From Terrimicrobiaceae bacterium (GTDB lineage: Bacteria; Verrucomicrobiota; Verrucomicrobiia; Chthoniobacterales; Terrimicrobiaceae), in NCBI GenBank assembly GCA_044377415.1, contig JBILZC010000003.1, forward strand, positions 1,788-65,787: DNA of 64,000 nucleotides. Direction: 5' to 3'. Position numbers and translations under genes: made by a program. Below the pieces are notes generated by a model. That model was not told where the DNA came from and made no database searches. It saw only the letters and a list, made by a program, of their open reading frames with translations. Below, piece after piece: positions 17,335 through 26,277 of the stretch. Every line of letters starts with the position of its first letter. Position 1 is the stretch's first letter.

Positions 17335-17784
17335 TTAATTGACTGGAATTTCCAGTGCTTTGGGTTTGCTGCTCTCCCCTTTGGGAAGATGCACTTTAAG
17401 AAGGCCATCCTTAAACTCGGCCTTAATTTCGGTTCGGCGCGTGCCTTCGGGTAGCGTGAAGGCTCTTTCAAAGGCGCCGTAGCTTCGCTCCAAGCGATGC
17501 CAGCGGCGACCGGCTTCTTCTTTTTCGATTTTCCGTTCGCCAGAGATGCGGATCGAACCATTTTCGAGTTCGATTTTCACATCCTCTTTTTTCACTTCGG
17601 GGAGTTCGGCTTTGATGGTGAACTCCTTGTCGCTTTCTTCCACATCGACAAGCGGCGACCACTCGGAAGCCACGAGAGTTTCCTCTCCGATTCCCGGCAA
17701 AAGCGGGCTGGAGAGAAGGTTGCTGACGCGGTTTTGCATCGTTTCAAATTCCCTGAAGGGATTCCATCTGATCAGTGTATTCAT
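17335..17784 (-). CDS. Small heat-shock protein (Hsp20/alpha-crystallin family)
   Basis: Alpha-crystallin domain PLVDVEESDKEFTIKAELPEVKKEDVKIELENGSIRISGER...FERAFTLPEG...KAEFKDGLLKVHLPK. Confidence 0.95.
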   Translation of the reverse strand: MNTLIRWNPFREFETMQNRVSNLLSSPLLPGIGEETLVASEWSPLVDVEESDKEFTIKAELPEVKKEDVKIELENGSIRISGERKIEKEEAGRRWHRLERSYGAFERAFTLPEGTRRTEIKAEFKDGLLKVHLPKGESSKPKALEIPVN

Positions 17785-17798
17785 CTTTTATCTTAAGC

Positions 17799-17828
17799 CG
17801 GTGGATGTTGATTTCACGGCATCCACCG
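17799..17828 (-). promoter_or_regulatory. 9-bp inverted repeat (9-N12-9) in the hsp20 leader/promoter
   Basis: CGGTGGATG (17799-17807) and CATCCACCG (17820-17828). The repeat lies 15 nt upstream of the hsp20 ATG at 17784. Confidence 0.3.
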
Positions 17829-18024
17829 CCACCGGATCGGGAAGCTGCCGTGGCGCGTTGGAACGATCGGAATGGCTCCTGCAACCGCTCGTAAAAAACG
17901 CCCGATTGGGCATTCCCTCAATGGGGTGATGTCCCCGACTCCGCTTGGGAAAGCGTATCTATTCTCAAAAAATCCATGGTTCCGCTGGCGCGAGGGGCAA
18001 ATCCCCTTTAAAAAAACTCACGCC

Positions 18025-19497
18025 ATGCTTGAAAATCTCATTCTCGATCCGAGTCCCGCCGGATGGCGCTTCGATCATTCCTACACGCGGTTGCCGGAGG
18101 TTTTTTATTCGAAGGCGAATCCTGTGGCCGTGCGTGAACCGGGGTTAGCCATTTTCAACCACGCGCTGGCGCGCTCGCTGGGCTTGGATGCGGACAGGCT
18201 TGATTCCAGCGAGGGAGCGGCGATTTTTGCGGGAAATAGGATTCCCGCTGGCGCGTGCCCGATCGCCCAGGCTTATGCTGGCCATCAGTTCGGCCATTTC
18301 ACTATGCTGGGCGATGGACGGGCGATCCTCCTCGGGGAGCACCTCGCGCCGGATGGTCGACGATTCGATATTCAACTCAAGGGCTCCGGGCGAACCCCTT
18401 TTTCGCGCCGGGGAGACGGTCGCGCGACTTTGGGTCCGATGCTCCGCGAATACATCATCAGCGAGGCCATGCATGCACTCGGAATCCCCACCACACGCAG
18501 CCTCGCGGTCGCGACAACCGGCGAGGAAGTTTTTCGCGAAACCGAGCTGCCAGGGGCGGTGCTCACAAGGGTAGCGGCAAGCCACATCCGCGTTGGGACA
18601 TTTGAATTTGCGGCGGCGCAGGCCGAGTTGGAGGATCTTCGCGCTCTCGCAGAGCACACACGGATGCGCCATTTTCCAGAAACAGGGAACGCCGATAATC
18701 CTGCTCTCGCGCTTCTGGAGGGCGTGATCGAGCGTCAGGCGGCGCTCATCGCCCAATGGTTGCTGGTCGGCTTCATCCACGGAGTGATGAACACCGACAA
18801 CATGGCGCTCTCGGGAGAAACGATCGATTACGGTCCGTGTGCTTTCATGGATGTTTATGATCCCGCTACGGTTTTCAGCTCGATCGATCGCCAGGGCCGC
18901 TACTCCTATGGAAATCAAGCAGCGATCGCGCAGTGGAACCTGACCCGCTTGGCCGAATCCTTGCTGCCACTTCTAGATGCTGATGAAAGCCGCGCGGTCG
19001 AGTTGGCGCAGACGGCATTGGGAAAATATAGCGACCGATTCGAGTTCCACTGGCTCGAGGGCATGAGGAAGAAGATCGGCTTGTTCACCCGTGAGGCTGG
19101 TGATCTGGAATTGATCAAAACTCTTCTGGAGTGGATGCAGCGAACGCGGGCGGATTACACCAATACGTTTCGAAATCTCGATCCGCACTCCAAGCCAACA
19201 AACGTGGATGCCGACTTTCGGGAATGGCACGCGCAGTGGCTTTCCAGACTTTCCCAGCAACCACATACGCTCGGTGAGGCCAACCAACTCCTGCTGCGGC
19301 ATAATCCCGCAATCATTCCTCGCAACCACAAGGTCGAAGAGGCGCTGGAAGCGGCCGTCGAGAGGGCTGACTATGGGCCGCTGAAGCGGATGCTGGCGGT
19401 GATTTCCAGGCCTTATGATGACACGGAGGACAACGCCGATTTTCGATTGCCGCCATCGGTTGGAAGTTGCGAATACCGGACATTCTGCGGCACCTGA
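18025..19497 (+). CDS. selO: Protein adenylyltransferase SelO (YdiU/UPF0061)
   Basis: AQAYAGHQFGHF, LGDGRAILLGE, QLKGSGRTPFSR, GDGRATLGPMLREYIISEAMHALGIPTTRSL, SHIRVGTFE. Start set at the ATG at 18025 (MLENL...), giving 490 aa. The 51-aa upstream extension is not SelO-like. Confidence 0.9.
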   Translation: MLENLILDPSPAGWRFDHSYTRLPEVFYSKANPVAVREPGLAIFNHALARSLGLDADRLDSSEGAAIFAGNRIPAGACPIAQAYAGHQFGHFTMLGDGRAILLGEHLAPDGRRFDIQLKGSGRTPFSRRGDGRATLGPMLREYIISEAMHALGIPTTRSLAVATTGEEVFRETELPGAVLTRVAASHIRVGTFEFAAAQAELEDLRALAEHTRMRHFPETGNADNPALALLEGVIERQAALIAQWLLVGFIHGVMNTDNMALSGETIDYGPCAFMDVYDPATVFSSIDRQGRYSYGNQAAIAQWNLTRLAESLLPLLDADESRAVELAQTALGKYSDRFEFHWLEGMRKKIGLFTREAGDLELIKTLLEWMQRTRADYTNTFRNLDPHSKPTNVDADFREWHAQWLSRLSQQPHTLGEANQLLLRHNPAIIPRNHKVEEALEAAVERADYGPLKRMLAVISRPYDDTEDNADFRLPPSVGSCEYRTFCGT

Positions 19498-19578
19498 AAT
19501 CGCAACCTGGGCAGCCCCAAAAAATCCGTAAAAGTTCCGTGACGTTGGGGATGTCTTTGAGGCAAAATCCTTCGCGTT

Positions 19579-19986
19579 ATGAGTGAAACTAACATCCACA
19601 AACACACAGCAGTTGGCGTCATCAACAATTGGGTTGAATGGAATAACGCGGGAGACTTCCGCAAGGTGGCTTCGCTTTACTCTGAAGAGGCCGTCCTGCT
19701 CCCGACATTTTCGCCTCACGTGCTTTCTACCGAAGAGGGGCGCTTGAAATATTTTGAAACCCTCGCTTCCCGCAAGGGTATCCAAGTTTCCCTGCACGAA
19801 AAAACACTCAAAATCCGACCGCTCTCCGATTCGATTCAGGTCGCGAGCGGGATTTACCGGTTTTCCTTCGAGATCGATGACGAGCCACTCACGTTCGAAG
19901 CCCGTTTCACGTGGGTACTTGATCTTTCCTGCGACCGCCCGGTCAAGCACCACCATTCCGCTCAAGTGCCTCGCACTCTAAGCTGA
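19579..19986 (+). CDS. NTF2-fold protein (SgcJ/EcaC / CaMKII-association-domain-like)
   Basis: Pattern INNWVEWNNAGDFRKVASLYSEEAVLLPT ... ARFTWVL is typical of the DUF4440/SnoaL-like NTF2 superfamily. Confidence 0.65.
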   Translation: MSETNIHKHTAVGVINNWVEWNNAGDFRKVASLYSEEAVLLPTFSPHVLSTEEGRLKYFETLASRKGIQVSLHEKTLKIRPLSDSIQVASGIYRFSFEIDDEPLTFEARFTWVLDLSCDRPVKHHHSAQVPRTLS

Positions 19987-20055
19987 TCGCTCTTCTCGGC
20001 TCATCCATCGCTTTCCGCTTGCATTGGCGCTCGCGCCATCCATTTTTCTCAGCCC

Positions 20056-21009
20056 ATGTCACGCATACCAGTCACGATTCTCACCGGCTTCCTCGGAGCT
20101 GGAAAAACCACGCTGCTGAACCGTATTCTCACCGAGCAGCACGGACTCAAAATCGCCGTCATCGAGAATGAATTCGGCGAGGTGGGTATTGATCACGAGT
20201 TGGTCATCAATGCCGACGAGGAACTTTTTGAAATGAACAACGGCTGCATTTGCTGCACCGTTCGCGGCGACCTCATTCGCATCCTCGGCAATCTCATGAA
20301 GAGGAAGGATAAATTTGACCATATCCTCATTGAGACCACCGGCCTTGCCGACCCAGGTCCAGTCGTACAAACGTTCTTCGTGGACGAGCAGATGAAAGAA
20401 AAACTCTTCGTCAACGGTGTGGTGACTCTCGTGGATGCGAAGCACATTCTGCAACATATCGACGAAAATGACGAAGCCGCCGAGCAGATCGCTTTTGCAG
20501 ACGTCATCCTTCTCAATAAATGCGACCTCGTGGGCGAGGCCGATCTCGTCGGACTCGAAAACCGCATCCGTGACGTGAATGCCCTCGCCGTCATCCACCG
20601 CACGACCCGCGCGCACATCGATATCGCCAAGGTTATGGATGTCGGTGGCTTCAATCTCGATCGCGCCATGGAGGTGAATCCGCACTTCCTCGAGTCCGGT
20701 CATCATCACCACCACTCTCACATCTCCAGCGTGGGTATCGAGTCTCCGGGTGACTGTGATGGCAAGAAGCTCAACGATTGGCTGAGCAAGCTCGTTCAGG
20801 AACAAGGTGCGGACATCTTCCGAATGAAAGGCGTTTTTGCCGTTAAAAACCAAACCGACCGCGTTATTTTCCAAGGCGTTCACATGCTCATCGATGCCGC
20901 CAATGGCGGTCCATGGGGCGAACGTCCTCGCAAAAACAGCCTCGTTTTCATTGGTCGCCATCTCGACCGCGCAGCCCTCAATGCTGGCTTCCGCTCCTGC
21001 CTCGCGTGA
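20056..21009 (+). CDS. COG0523-family (CobW/ZigA/YeiR-like) metallochaperone GTPase
   Basis: P-loop GFLGAGKTTLLN, CxCC motif NGCICCTVRGDL, His-rich stretch SGHHHHHSH, and a C-terminal CobW_C-like domain. Confidence 0.9.
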   Translation: MSRIPVTILTGFLGAGKTTLLNRILTEQHGLKIAVIENEFGEVGIDHELVINADEELFEMNNGCICCTVRGDLIRILGNLMKRKDKFDHILIETTGLADPGPVVQTFFVDEQMKEKLFVNGVVTLVDAKHILQHIDENDEAAEQIAFADVILLNKCDLVGEADLVGLENRIRDVNALAVIHRTTRAHIDIAKVMDVGGFNLDRAMEVNPHFLESGHHHHHSHISSVGIESPGDCDGKKLNDWLSKLVQEQGADIFRMKGVFAVKNQTDRVIFQGVHMLIDAANGGPWGERPRKNSLVFIGRHLDRAALNAGFRSCLA

Positions 21010-21980
21010 AGAATATCGGCACCATCCGCGCGGCGGACCACGTCCTCCACCTCGCATGGACTCCCAAAGGCGACAGCCTCGCCATCACGCCTTCGACTGG
21101 CGACATTCTCGTCGCGGATGCCACCGCCGGGATCATCCAAAAATTCCCTGCTCACGGAATGGGCAATGGGGCCTCGGCTTGGTTTCATGGCGATCTGGCG
21201 ACGTGTGGATTCGACGGCAAGATTCGCTGGGCCGATAAGGAATGGAAACCCGGACGCGGCATGATCGAGCGGGTCAAAACAAGCCCAGACGGTACTCATC
21301 TCGCGGCTGGCCAAGGCCGGGCGCTTCATATTTTCGATAAATCCGGCCCGACTGATTTCAGCCTCCCTCAGCTTCCTGATGCCGTCGCGGACTTTGTGTG
21401 GAATCCTGCCAAGGCGAACGAAATCGCAACGGTCGGAGCCGGTGGCGCCCGCATGTGGAGGCTCGGAGAGAAGGAGCCCTTCGCCCGCTTCGACTGGGGC
21501 GGCGCGAGCATCTTGGTTGATTGGTCACATACCGGGCGATGGCTTGCCACAGCAGATCAAACGGCCAGCGTCCACGTTTACGATTTTCCGCGCGATTACC
21601 CGCTGCATATCCAAGGCTTTGAAAGCAAAGTCCAAGCACTCGCTTTTTCCGCAGATGGCACTCGCTTGGCCACGGGCGGCAGTCCGGTCGTCACGGTCTG
21701 GCCCTGCACGGGAAAAAAAGGCCCCGAGGGAGCCAAGCCCATCCAAGTGGAAGGCCACGACCTCGATGTTTGCGCGGTCGCTTTCTCGCCACTCACCGGT
21801 CAACTCGCGACTGGCGATGAATCCGGCACACTGCTTGTGATCACGTTCGAGACTGGTCAATTCCGCCGCAAGCGCTCTCGCTTGGCATCCGGCATCAGCG
21901 CTCTCGCTTGGCACCCAACCCTGCCTCTTCTCGCCATCGGCCATGTCGATGGGGAGGTGATGCTTCTTTCGCTGGCCTAA
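21006..21980 (+). CDS. WD40-repeat (beta-propeller) protein
   Basis: A GTG at 21006 overlaps the COG0523 stop (GTGA). There are repeated WD-like units (LAWTPKGDSLA, SPDGTHLAAG, SHTGRWLATADQTASVHVYD, SADGTRLATGG, SPLTGQLATGDESGTLLV, HPTLPLLAIGHVDGEV). Confidence 0.8.
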   Translation: MKNIGTIRAADHVLHLAWTPKGDSLAITPSTGDILVADATAGIIQKFPAHGMGNGASAWFHGDLATCGFDGKIRWADKEWKPGRGMIERVKTSPDGTHLAAGQGRALHIFDKSGPTDFSLPQLPDAVADFVWNPAKANEIATVGAGGARMWRLGEKEPFARFDWGGASILVDWSHTGRWLATADQTASVHVYDFPRDYPLHIQGFESKVQALAFSADGTRLATGGSPVVTVWPCTGKKGPEGAKPIQVEGHDLDVCAVAFSPLTGQLATGDESGTLLVITFETGQFRRKRSRLASGISALAWHPTLPLLAIGHVDGEVMLLSLA

Positions 21981-22011
21981 GGAACCCATTTTGGAAGCAA
22001 GCCCATTCCCT

Positions 22012-23274
22012 ATGCGAAACAGCCTGATCAACATGGTCCTCGCGGGGTTTCTGTTGTTTGCTTTTGTGAAATTCGCTGCCGGGGCCACGACTCCAAGCGA
22101 GGTGAATGCCGCTTTCGGGGTGGAGATTTTTACCGATGAAAATCTTTGGGATGATGATGTGAGTGCACTTGCCGAGAGGCTGGAATGGCCACTCGAATCC
22201 CAAACCTCGACCGACTCAAGCTTTCGCAAATATCCCGATTCTAGCGCCCGTTTGATCGGTTGCCGGTCTTATTCCAATGCGCTCTATGGTGAGATGGGTC
22301 GTGTGTCCGGCATCTCGTTCCTCTTTGCCAACAAGGGCGATGCTGTGGACACATTGAAGGAAGATGCCAATGCCCGTGACGTGCGCGAGGTGAAAGAACA
22401 GATTCGGGATTATAAAAAAGGCATTCAGGATGATAAAAAAAATCTCACACTCGCTCTCACAAAGCTTTTTGGTGAACCTGTGCCTGATCGCTTTGGGCAA
22501 GGAAGACAGACGACGGAACTAGTGAAGCGCTGGGACTGGGGTGGTCACGCTTTTCTTCTCGCTGCACCTCGTGACGAATACGTGGCCATTCGCATCATGC
22601 CTGTGGAATCCGCGAAGGCTGGCGGTCGCACACGCACTTCGGATGCGGATATGAAGTGCCGCGTGGAATCCCGCGTGGAAAAACGCCCCAATGGCGATGT
22701 GATCCTCAAAGATATCCCCATGGTCAACCAAGGGCCGAAGGGCTATTGCGTTCCTGCGACTTGGGAGCGGGTCATGCGATACATGGGAGTTCCCGCCGAT
22801 ATGTATGTGCTCGCTATGGCTGGCGAGAGTGGCGCTGGCGGCGGCACTTCGCTGGAAGCCATTCGTGAAGGAGCAAGGCAGTCCATCATCAACTCTGGTC
22901 GTCGTGTCGTGCAGGAACAGGTGAAATTCGATGCGCTGTCGATGGCGAGATACATCGACAAGGGCCTGCCTATCATTTGGGGGATGTTTTCCACAGAGGA
23001 GTTCAATGCGGCTGTAAACTCGCGACAAGCAGCCAGAGCCGGAGAGCCTGACCCTGCCGCGTGGAAAAAGGAACTTGCCGAAGCGCGCAAGTCTGCGAGG
23101 AAATTCCATGCAGATAAGTCGAAGGCGCACGTCTGCTTAATTATCGGTTACAACAAGCAGACCGGTGAGGTCGCGCTGTCCGATTCGTGGGGCCCCGCCT
23201 TTGCCGAGCGCTGGGTCACCTTCGAGGAGGCCAAGGCCGTAAGCCAGGACGCATTCTACGTCATCCAGTTTTAA
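22012..23274 (+). CDS. Secreted papain-fold (C39-like) cysteine peptidase domain protein
   Basis: Signal peptide MRNSLINMVLAGFLLFAFVKFAAGA. Candidate catalytic Cys in NQGPKGYCVPATWERVMRYMG. Candidate His in AHVCLIIGYN. Candidate Asp in LSDSWG. The TTG at 21991 used by the ORF track is less likely than the ATG at 22012. Confidence 0.65.
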   Translation: MRNSLINMVLAGFLLFAFVKFAAGATTPSEVNAAFGVEIFTDENLWDDDVSALAERLEWPLESQTSTDSSFRKYPDSSARLIGCRSYSNALYGEMGRVSGISFLFANKGDAVDTLKEDANARDVREVKEQIRDYKKGIQDDKKNLTLALTKLFGEPVPDRFGQGRQTTELVKRWDWGGHAFLLAAPRDEYVAIRIMPVESAKAGGRTRTSDADMKCRVESRVEKRPNGDVILKDIPMVNQGPKGYCVPATWERVMRYMGVPADMYVLAMAGESGAGGGTSLEAIREGARQSIINSGRRVVQEQVKFDALSMARYIDKGLPIIWGMFSTEEFNAAVNSRQAARAGEPDPAAWKKELAEARKSARKFHADKSKAHVCLIIGYNKQTGEVALSDSWGPAFAERWVTFEEAKAVSQDAFYVIQF

Positions 23275-23283
23275 ATAAAATCC

Positions 23284-25218
23284 ATGCAATCCCAATCCAA
23301 GTTTGAAATCTCCGATGCCAGCGAACTCTACAATATCGAGCGCTGGGGCGGCGGATACTTCGGCATCAATCCCTCCGGCAACGTCACCGTTTATCCGAAG
23401 CGCAATAATGAGCAAATCGACCTCATGGAGGTGGTTGCTGAAGCCCGGCAGCGCAAACTCGCTTTTCCCCTCGTCGTGCGCTTTCACGACCTCCTGCGCG
23501 ACCGCGTAGAGACGATCAACAAGGCTTTCGCGAATGCGATCCGTGAGATGGGCTACGGTGCAGAATACCGCGGCGTCTTCCCGATCAAAGTCAACCAACT
23601 TCGCGAGGTTGTGGAGGAGATTTTGGATGCCGGCAAGCCGTGGCATTTCGGCATCGAGGGCGGCAGCAAGCCCGAGCTTCTCGCGGCACTGGCCATTCAC
23701 ACCGACCCTGAGAGCCTTCTCATCTGCAACGGGTATAAAGATACCAGCTTCATTCGCAGCGCGCTCATCGGACGCAAGCTGAACAAAAAAGTCATCCTCG
23801 TCGTGGAGAAGCTCGAAGAGCTCAGCCACGTTCTTCGTGTCTCGAAAGAAATGGGCGTGGAGCCGATGATCGGTCTTCGCGTGCGTTTGCTCTCAAAGGG
23901 CGCTGGAAAATGGGCCACGAGTGGCGGCGAGAATGCGAAGTTCGGACTTTCTACGGCCGAACTCGTTGAGGCCAGCGATATGCTTCACGCGGCTGGTCTC
24001 GCGCATTGTCTGAATCTCGTGCATTTCCACGTGGGATCCCAAGTGCCAGACATCGTCACAATCAAACGCGCCGTTCGCGAAGCCGCCCGTTTTTACGCGA
24101 AACTCTCGAAGATGGGTCACGACCTCGGGTATCTCGATGTCGGCGGCGGTCTCGGAGTTGACTACGACGGCTCACGAACGACCTTTGATAGCTCAATGAA
24201 CTATTCGCTCGAGGAATACGTTCGCGACATCGTTTACACGGTGAAAGAAGTCTGTGATTCGGAATCCGTCGCGCATCCGACGCTCGTGAGCGAGAGCGGT
24301 CGCGCCATCGTCGCTCAACACTCGGTCTTGATTGTGGAAACGTTCGGCGCCATCGAAAAAACCGGCCGCACCCCGCTCCCCGTCGCGCAGGAGGGAGACC
24401 CCCAACTCGTCACAGACATTTTGGAGATCCACGGCAACCTCTCGCCCCAAGACCGACTCGAGAATCTGCACGATGCCCAGGAAATGCGTGAGCGCGCCCA
24501 GTCGATGTTCGATCTCGGACTCCTCGACCTCCGAGCCAAAGCGAAGATTGAAACCGTTTACTGGCAGATCGCCGCCGCGATCGTGGAGCTTTTCCGCGAT
24601 GCCGAACACATCCCTGAGGAAGTTCGCGAAATCGAAATCGCCCTCGGCGACCAATATCTCTGCAACTTCTCGGTTTTCCAATCGCTCCTCGACCATTGGG
24701 CTCTCGGTCAGCTTTTCCCTGTGATGCCGATCCACCGCCTCAACGAACGCCCCGATCGCAACGCGACCCTGGTGGACATCACGTGCGACTCCGACGGCAA
24801 GGTTGCGAAATTCATCGACCTTCAGGACGTGAAGGAAACCCTTCCTCTCCACCGCTGGCACCCCGGCGAGCCCTATTACATCGGGTTCTTCCTCGCCGGC
24901 GCCTACCAAGACATCATGGGCGATCTTCACAACCTCTTCGGCCGCGTGAATGAAATGCACATCTATCTCGATGAGGACGAGGATTCGGGATACTACGTCG
25001 AAGAGATCCTCCCCGGCAGCACGATTGGACAAGTCCTCACACTCACGCAGTGGGACGTCAAGGAATTGGCCCGCCAAATGAAGGCGCAAACCGACGCCGC
25101 CATCAAATCCGACCGCCTCAAACCCAACGAGGCCATGCGCCTCCTAGACGATTACGAGAAGAGCCTCACACTCTACACCTACCTAAATTTCGACGACCAG
25201 CATAAGGCACGGAAGTAG
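23284..25218 (+). CDS. speA: Biosynthetic arginine decarboxylase
   Basis: N-terminus YNIERWGGGYFGINPSGNV, PLP region FPIKVNQ, length 644 aa, typical SpeA layout. Confidence 0.95.
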   Translation: MQSQSKFEISDASELYNIERWGGGYFGINPSGNVTVYPKRNNEQIDLMEVVAEARQRKLAFPLVVRFHDLLRDRVETINKAFANAIREMGYGAEYRGVFPIKVNQLREVVEEILDAGKPWHFGIEGGSKPELLAALAIHTDPESLLICNGYKDTSFIRSALIGRKLNKKVILVVEKLEELSHVLRVSKEMGVEPMIGLRVRLLSKGAGKWATSGGENAKFGLSTAELVEASDMLHAAGLAHCLNLVHFHVGSQVPDIVTIKRAVREAARFYAKLSKMGHDLGYLDVGGGLGVDYDGSRTTFDSSMNYSLEEYVRDIVYTVKEVCDSESVAHPTLVSESGRAIVAQHSVLIVETFGAIEKTGRTPLPVAQEGDPQLVTDILEIHGNLSPQDRLENLHDAQEMRERAQSMFDLGLLDLRAKAKIETVYWQIAAAIVELFRDAEHIPEEVREIEIALGDQYLCNFSVFQSLLDHWALGQLFPVMPIHRLNERPDRNATLVDITCDSDGKVAKFIDLQDVKETLPLHRWHPGEPYYIGFFLAGAYQDIMGDLHNLFGRVNEMHIYLDEDEDSGYYVEEILPGSTIGQVLTLTQWDVKELARQMKAQTDAAIKSDRLKPNEAMRLLDDYEKSLTLYTYLNFDDQHKARK

Positions 25219-25456
25219 GGATATAAGTCATCTTCTGGAGGTTTTGTATCTTATTGGACATGAATAACCCGACCAACCGCATCAGGGATCCGTTTTATGC
25301 GAACCTGCTGTTCCGATCGAAACCCATCGTGACAATGGGTAGGGGTATTTACGCCGTCGGTTACTAAACTTTACGCGAGAAGCGCCCCCGCCGAGAGGCA
25401 AAAACCCGCTAAGGAACACCTTGGAGCACCGTTCGCGAAAAAATTCTGGCCATCCA

Positions 25457-25768
25457 TCAACTCACGCGCGACAGGGACAGCTTCAACTCTCCCTTGGCGA
25501 CCATGTGCAGCACGCTAGCGGCCAGCGTCTGGTAGGGTAGCCCGGCTTCCTCCGCCCGCGCCCGCAGACCTGCAATGGTCTCATGTGTGGTGCGGATATT
25601 AATGCGTGCCGGCCTTGCCGGTTTCCGCACGACTTTCATGTTCGCGGCTACAGAGGGCTCAGGGATTCCCAGTGTCTTTTGCTGGTCGAGGTCGAGGGCA
25701 GACCCCGCCGCGAATTTCCACCCCTCATCAGCGGGTTCTGCTGTGTAGTTAAGTTTTTTGGTTTTCAT
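25457..25768 (-). CDS. RHH antitoxin (BrnA/CopG-type)
   Basis: Start at the ATG at 25768 (MKTKKLNY...). The C-terminal INIRTTHETIAGLRARAEEAGLPYQTLAASVLHMVAKGEL matches the antitoxins that partner DUF497/BrnT toxins. Its start overlaps the 3' end of the brnT-like reading frame. Confidence 0.8.
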   Translation of the reverse strand: MKTKKLNYTAEPADEGWKFAAGSALDLDQQKTLGIPEPSVAANMKVVRKPARPARINIRTTHETIAGLRARAEEAGLPYQTLAASVLHMVAKGELKLSLSRVS

Positions 25769-26020
25769 AAGTGCTCTTTTGCTTCCTCCAATATCCAGCA
25801 CCGATCACGCGAAGGGCATCTTCGCGAATGGTGAACCTCACGGTTAAAATCCCCCGTCCATCGTGGCCGATAGCATAGAACCTCGGCTCGTCCAGGCTGT
25901 GGTTTTGGTTTGGAATGATTATACGGTTGGGATCTTCGAAAACCCGTAGGACCGTGGAAAATCCACGCCGTGTTTGGCCAAATTGGCCGCTGCCTTGGCC
26001 GGGTCGAATTCCAACTGCAT
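25749..26020 (-). pseudogene. BrnT (DUF497) toxin gene disrupted by a 1-nt frameshift
   Basis: My manual minus-strand translation from the ATG at 26020 gives MQLEFDPAKAAANLAKHGVDF, then runs out of frame. The adjacent frame continues STVLRVFEDPNRIIIPNQNHSLDEPRFYAIGHDGRGILTVRFTIREDALRVIGAGYWRKQKSTYENQKT*. The span is 272 nt, one short of 273. The break sits at a T4 run (A4 at 25958-25961 on the + strand). Confidence 0.8.
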
Positions 26021-26203
26021 GCGTCTAATGTGTGCCGCATGGATTCACATGTCAATCCCCCCTTCGTGCATTATCACTCGGGAACGCCAACGTCCCCGTT
26101 GGCTTCTTTCGGCATGTCTCGGGGCCGAGGAGGACCTCGTCGTTCGTGCGAAAAAGCGGTTTAGACCAAGGGACTTTCTTTAACCACCAATAGCACAAAT
26201 TTT

Positions 26204-26277
26204 CACGAATGGGGAGCGGCTTCGCCGGAGAATTTTGTTATCGGTCTTATTCGTGTTCATTCGTTTATTCGTGGTTC
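26204..26277. promoter_or_regulatory. ATTCGTG repeat cluster upstream of the giant autotransporter gene
   Basis: CACGAAT at 26204-26210 (inverted copy). Then ATTCGTG-TTC-ATTCGT-TT-ATTCGTG at 26248-26273. The cluster is about 320 nt upstream of the ATG at 26594. Confidence 0.25.

Noticed and set aside
20059-21057. 332-aa minus-strand ORF antisense to the COG0523 gene; similarly 43512..44558 (antisense to gcvT), 47036..48430 (gcvP), 56990..58231 (dprA), 18973..19965 (selO and the NTF2-fold gene), 24193..25089 (speA), 12914..13648, 54733..55413, 60214..61068 and 61108..61755
   Set aside because: Each is a mirror ORF of a strongly supported sense gene in GC-rich DNA. The products have no motifs and an atypical Arg/Gly/His-rich composition.
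25219-25456. Small ORF (35 aa, ATG at 25261) and possible RNA or tRNA in the speA-brnA gap
   Set aside because: No tRNA T-loop or acceptor features, no recognisable protein motif and no strong hairpin. Left unannotated.
25765-26055. 96-aa ORF from the track at the brnT locus
   Set aside because: It is in the wrong frame. Its product (…PKPQPGRAEVLCYRPRWTGDF…) is meaningless, whereas the two other frames together give a complete DUF497/BrnT sequence. See the pseudogene call.
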